NCBI GenBank assembly: GCA_964619725.1
Contig: CAZUFC010000022.1
Coordinates: 1 to 64,000 of the forward strand
Length of the DNA: 64,000 nucleotides
DNA from: an uncultured bacterium
GTDB taxonomy: Bacteria; CSSED10-310; CAZUFC01
Direction: 5' to 3'
Positions 61,317 through 64,000 of the stretch are shown piece after piece (position 1 is the stretch's first letter; the number at the start of each line of letters is the position of its first letter). Below the pieces are notes generated by a model. The model was not told where the DNA came from and made no database searches. It saw nothing but the letters and a program-made list of their open reading frames with translations. A program made the translations under genes and the position numbers.

Positions 61317-62741
61317 TCATTCTATGTAACCCAGTTCGCGCAACTGCTCCAGCCGCTCTTGTTCCATCTCCTCGTCGACGCTACCGGCGCCGGAAAGCAT
61401 ATTTCCGGATTCACGGCTTTTGAACCATTCGGCGGAATCATGAGTTGCACAAAAAGTGGGAGGAACATGTTTCATAAAATCGGCCTTTAGAAAATAGGCC
61501 ATCGGTATGCCGTCCATATCGTTACCGACCGGGATGCCTTTCAACCTTAATAAAGTGGGAGTTATGTCCACGACGGAATATGTTCGGGGAAGGACTTCTC
61601 CTGATTCTCTAACCGCATAGCTCAAGCAGGCTCCTGCCGGCCTGAAGACTCTTCCCGCTCCTATAAACACGCCGCTGGGCGCATCCTGATGGTCGCCCGA
61701 ATTGATGTCGTCCGGCACAGAATCAGGGTCGAATCGTTTTCCGGTATTGACGGCATGAAAACCATGGTCCGAAAGAATCATGACGTTGAGTCCCGGATGC
61801 GCCAGGGATCGAATGAGTTTTTCTATGCTTGCATTAGCCCATTGATAATATTCGGTTATAATTCTCCCGAAATAGGCGCGTTCATCCGCCGTCGGTTTAT
61901 AGTTAAAATCCTCACTTGACATATGGCGCCAGAACCGGTGGCTGACGACGTCCGTTCCGCCGAAATATACGGCAGTGACGTCTGCTGAGCCCTTTCTACG
62001 TATGATGTCCAGCATAGTCTCCAAATATATGTTGTCGGCACGGAATCCCCATATGCTGTTCTCCCATAGTCGCCGGTTCAACGGGCTCATCTCGCCGGTA
62101 AACTTGCCGAACCGTTTTCGACTCAACTCCGGCAAATCGTCCTTCACTTGAGCCGCTATATCCATTACCCTGTTTTGAAATTCAGGCGGATGTACCTGGC
62201 CGGGAATTCCCTTTAATATCGTTCCTTTCCATACGGCGCGGCCTTTTCTGAAATCAAGCTGCCTGATCGTATTGGTCTGGGATACCATTATTCCGTTGAT
62301 CTCTTCAGCGGGATAAGTCGTCCACCAACCGCAAACATATACCCGGCGGCCGCATTCCGTTAAAATGTTCCAGAAAGCCTTTGTCTTGCGGTGGGCGCTT
62401 GTGTAAAGCGCAGGGCTCTCGTTCCGGTCCGGCGATTGATAGGCGAAACCCAGGATGCCGTGCTTGGGCGGTATTTTCCCCGTAGCGACCGTGTTCCATA
62501 TCGCCGGCGACATCGTCGGAAGAAGCGTTCCTAAACGGCAAAAACCGCCTGCCTTCATCAGCCGTTCGAATACAGGCAACTTACCTTCGCGAATCAAGGG
62601 AAGCAGAACCGACCACTCAATTCCGTCTATTCCGGCCAAAAGCGTCGGCCCTTTCGTTAAATCGGTTTCAGGAGCATCGCCGCAACCTGAAACAAGACTC
62701 AAACACAATATAAAACACGTGATTTTAAGATTATTCTTCAT
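61317..62741 (-). CDS. Lipoprotein of the nucleotide pyrophosphatase/phosphodiesterase (alkaline phosphatase) family
   Basis: Lipobox LVSGC, GIDG, PTMSPAIW..VATG, DVVSH, SDHGF, C-terminal LRELGYIE. Confidence 0.85.
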   Translation of the reverse strand: MKNNLKITCFILCLSLVSGCGDAPETDLTKGPTLLAGIDGIEWSVLLPLIREGKLPVFERLMKAGGFCRLGTLLPTMSPAIWNTVATGKIPPKHGILGFAYQSPDRNESPALYTSAHRKTKAFWNILTECGRRVYVCGWWTTYPAEEINGIMVSQTNTIRQLDFRKGRAVWKGTILKGIPGQVHPPEFQNRVMDIAAQVKDDLPELSRKRFGKFTGEMSPLNRRLWENSIWGFRADNIYLETMLDIIRRKGSADVTAVYFGGTDVVSHRFWRHMSSEDFNYKPTADERAYFGRIITEYYQWANASIEKLIRSLAHPGLNVMILSDHGFHAVNTGKRFDPDSVPDDINSGDHQDAPSGVFIGAGRVFRPAGACLSYAVRESGEVLPRTYSVVDITPTLLRLKGIPVGNDMDGIPMAYFLKADFMKHVPPTFCATHDSAEWFKSRESGNMLSGAGSVDEEMEQERLEQLRELGYIE

Positions 62742-62952
62742 CCTCTTTCTTCGGAAAAACGCCGCTTGTTTTCCATTCTGAACGATACTAAATTCAATCC
62801 TCTAAAGTCAAAAATCACGCCGTTTTTTTGTTGCATGACAAATCATCTGGTAAAAAGTCGCCCCAAAAGGCACGCAGCGGCCTACACGTAGCGCCGATTC
62901 CACCGACTGGAAAACTCCAGCATCTTTTAGCAGAGGAGAGACCTCGTGAAAC

Positions 62953-62981
62953 TTGACAGCCCTTTTGTCCTTTTTTACACT
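62953..62981 (+). promoter_or_regulatory. Sigma70-type promoter for the galT-like gene
   Basis: TTGACA-N17-TACACT. Confidence 0.6.
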
Positions 62982-63061
62982 GCCGTTTATTGCTGCCGTG
63001 CGCAATCAGCGTTGTATGATGGCGTGATAAATTTAGATCACCTAGCAAGGAAAACAACCAC

Positions 63062-64000
63062 ATGAATGAACTAAGACGCAATCCTCTTTCCAGACAATGG
63101 ACATGTTATCTGACGAACGTGGACTTCATGAATGAAATTCTGAAGGAACTGAAAAGAGGCGTAAATAACGCAAGCGATTACAGCGAAGATAACGTTAAAA
63201 ACTGTGTGTTCTGCCCGGGAAAAGAAGCAGAGACCCCGCCCACCATCATGATATATAAAAACGGAGTATTCTTCTACAGGCTTAAAGAAGGCTCAAAAAT
63301 GCCCAGCGGCTGGGAAGTCCGCGTCATCCCGCAACAGCACCCCGTTTTTCAGGTCGAAGGCGAACTCAGCAGACGCGGAAGCCGTCTTTATGACATTATG
63401 GCCGCCAAGGGCGCCAATGAACTGATCATCAATCATCCGGACCACAATAAACATTTGCCCGCTATGAATGAACTAGAAATGGCGAAAGTCCTCAAAACCG
63501 TCAAAGAACGATTCATAGACCTCTCTAAAGACAGGGAAATGGGCCATCCCATTTTTTTCATTAATCACGGATTGTCCGCAGGAGCCGTCTATTCTCATAC
63601 TCACTCGGAAATTATAATCTCACCTTTCGTTCCGGAAAACACCAGAAAAGAACTGCAGGGCGCTAAGGACTGGTTCAAAATGAAAGAAAGATGCCTTTTC
63701 TGCGATATTATTGATGACGAAATCATCAAAATGGAAAAAAAACGCACTCATCAGATCATTACGATGAACAAAGACTTCATGGCCTTCGTGCCCTTCTTCA
63801 GCGCCTATCCCTTCGAAATCTGGATCATCCCCGGAAAGCATGAATCTGACTATAAAAATATTACGGAAAACCAGATAATATCAGCTTCCCAAATCCTCAA
63901 TATCTGCATCACCCTCATCCGACGAGTCCTGGGAGACGTTCCCTTCAACCTAATCCTGCTCACTCAACCCAACAAAGTATGGGGTATAGACCGGGGATAC
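63062..64000 (+). CDS. galT: GalT-family nucleotidylyltransferase, partial (runs off the window; not in ORF track)
   Basis: Read by hand: MNELRRNPLSRQW, CVFCPGKEAETPP, WEVRVIP, NHGLSAGAVYSHTHSE, CLFCDII, PFEIWIIP; RBS AAGGA. Confidence 0.8.
   Translation, partial: MNELRRNPLSRQWTCYLTNVDFMNEILKELKRGVNNASDYSEDNVKNCVFCPGKEAETPPTIMIYKNGVFFYRLKEGSKMPSGWEVRVIPQQHPVFQVEGELSRRGSRLYDIMAAKGANELIINHPDHNKHLPAMNELEMAKVLKTVKERFIDLSKDREMGHPIFFINHGLSAGAVYSHTHSEIIISPFVPENTRKELQGAKDWFKMKERCLFCDIIDDEIIKMEKKRTHQIITMNKDFMAFVPFFSAYPFEIWIIPGKHESDYKNITENQIISASQILNICITLIRRVLGDVPFNLILLTQPNKVWGIDRGY

Noticed and set aside
62845-62950. Possible structured ncRNA between divergent genes
   Set aside because: Only short weak stems; no family motif recognised

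Overview
Bacterial chromosomal segment from an anaerobe-like, selenocysteine-using (selB) organism, probably diderm (TolC, CsgG-like lipoproteins). The secreted-protein repertoire resembles, from memory only and not from a search, candidate phylum CSSED10-310. Core genes are mutT, cca, selB, groES/groEL with a CIRCE-like operator, a dnaJ-class chaperone, a JAB-DinG helicase and a partial galT-like gene. There is also a molybdenum-hydroxylase/carbamoyl-phosphate catabolic cluster (xdhC, FAD subunit, mocA, carbamate kinase, two fold-type II PLP enzymes, an atypical transcarbamylase). Envelope-related genes include two membrane Ser/Thr kinases, a MacAB-TolC operon and a CsgG/DUF799/FlgT-like trio. 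One largely intact and one decayed MNT-HEPN pair each sit beside debris of a beta-helix protein family. The most interesting signal is that three unrelated secreted proteins (EEP nuclease, amber-interrupted protein, gingipain-type C25 protease) all end in a Pro/Thr linker plus the same unannotated ~115-aa C-terminal domain, which looks like an undescribed protein sorting/surface-attachment signal. Two other proteins carry a second, IPTL-CTERM-like signal. Also notable: a single in-frame TAG in a 697-codon gene, a dispersed GGGGTCAGAGCCCT repeat family and a sawtooth G/C skew. No tRNA, rRNA, CRISPR array or intact transposase was seen.
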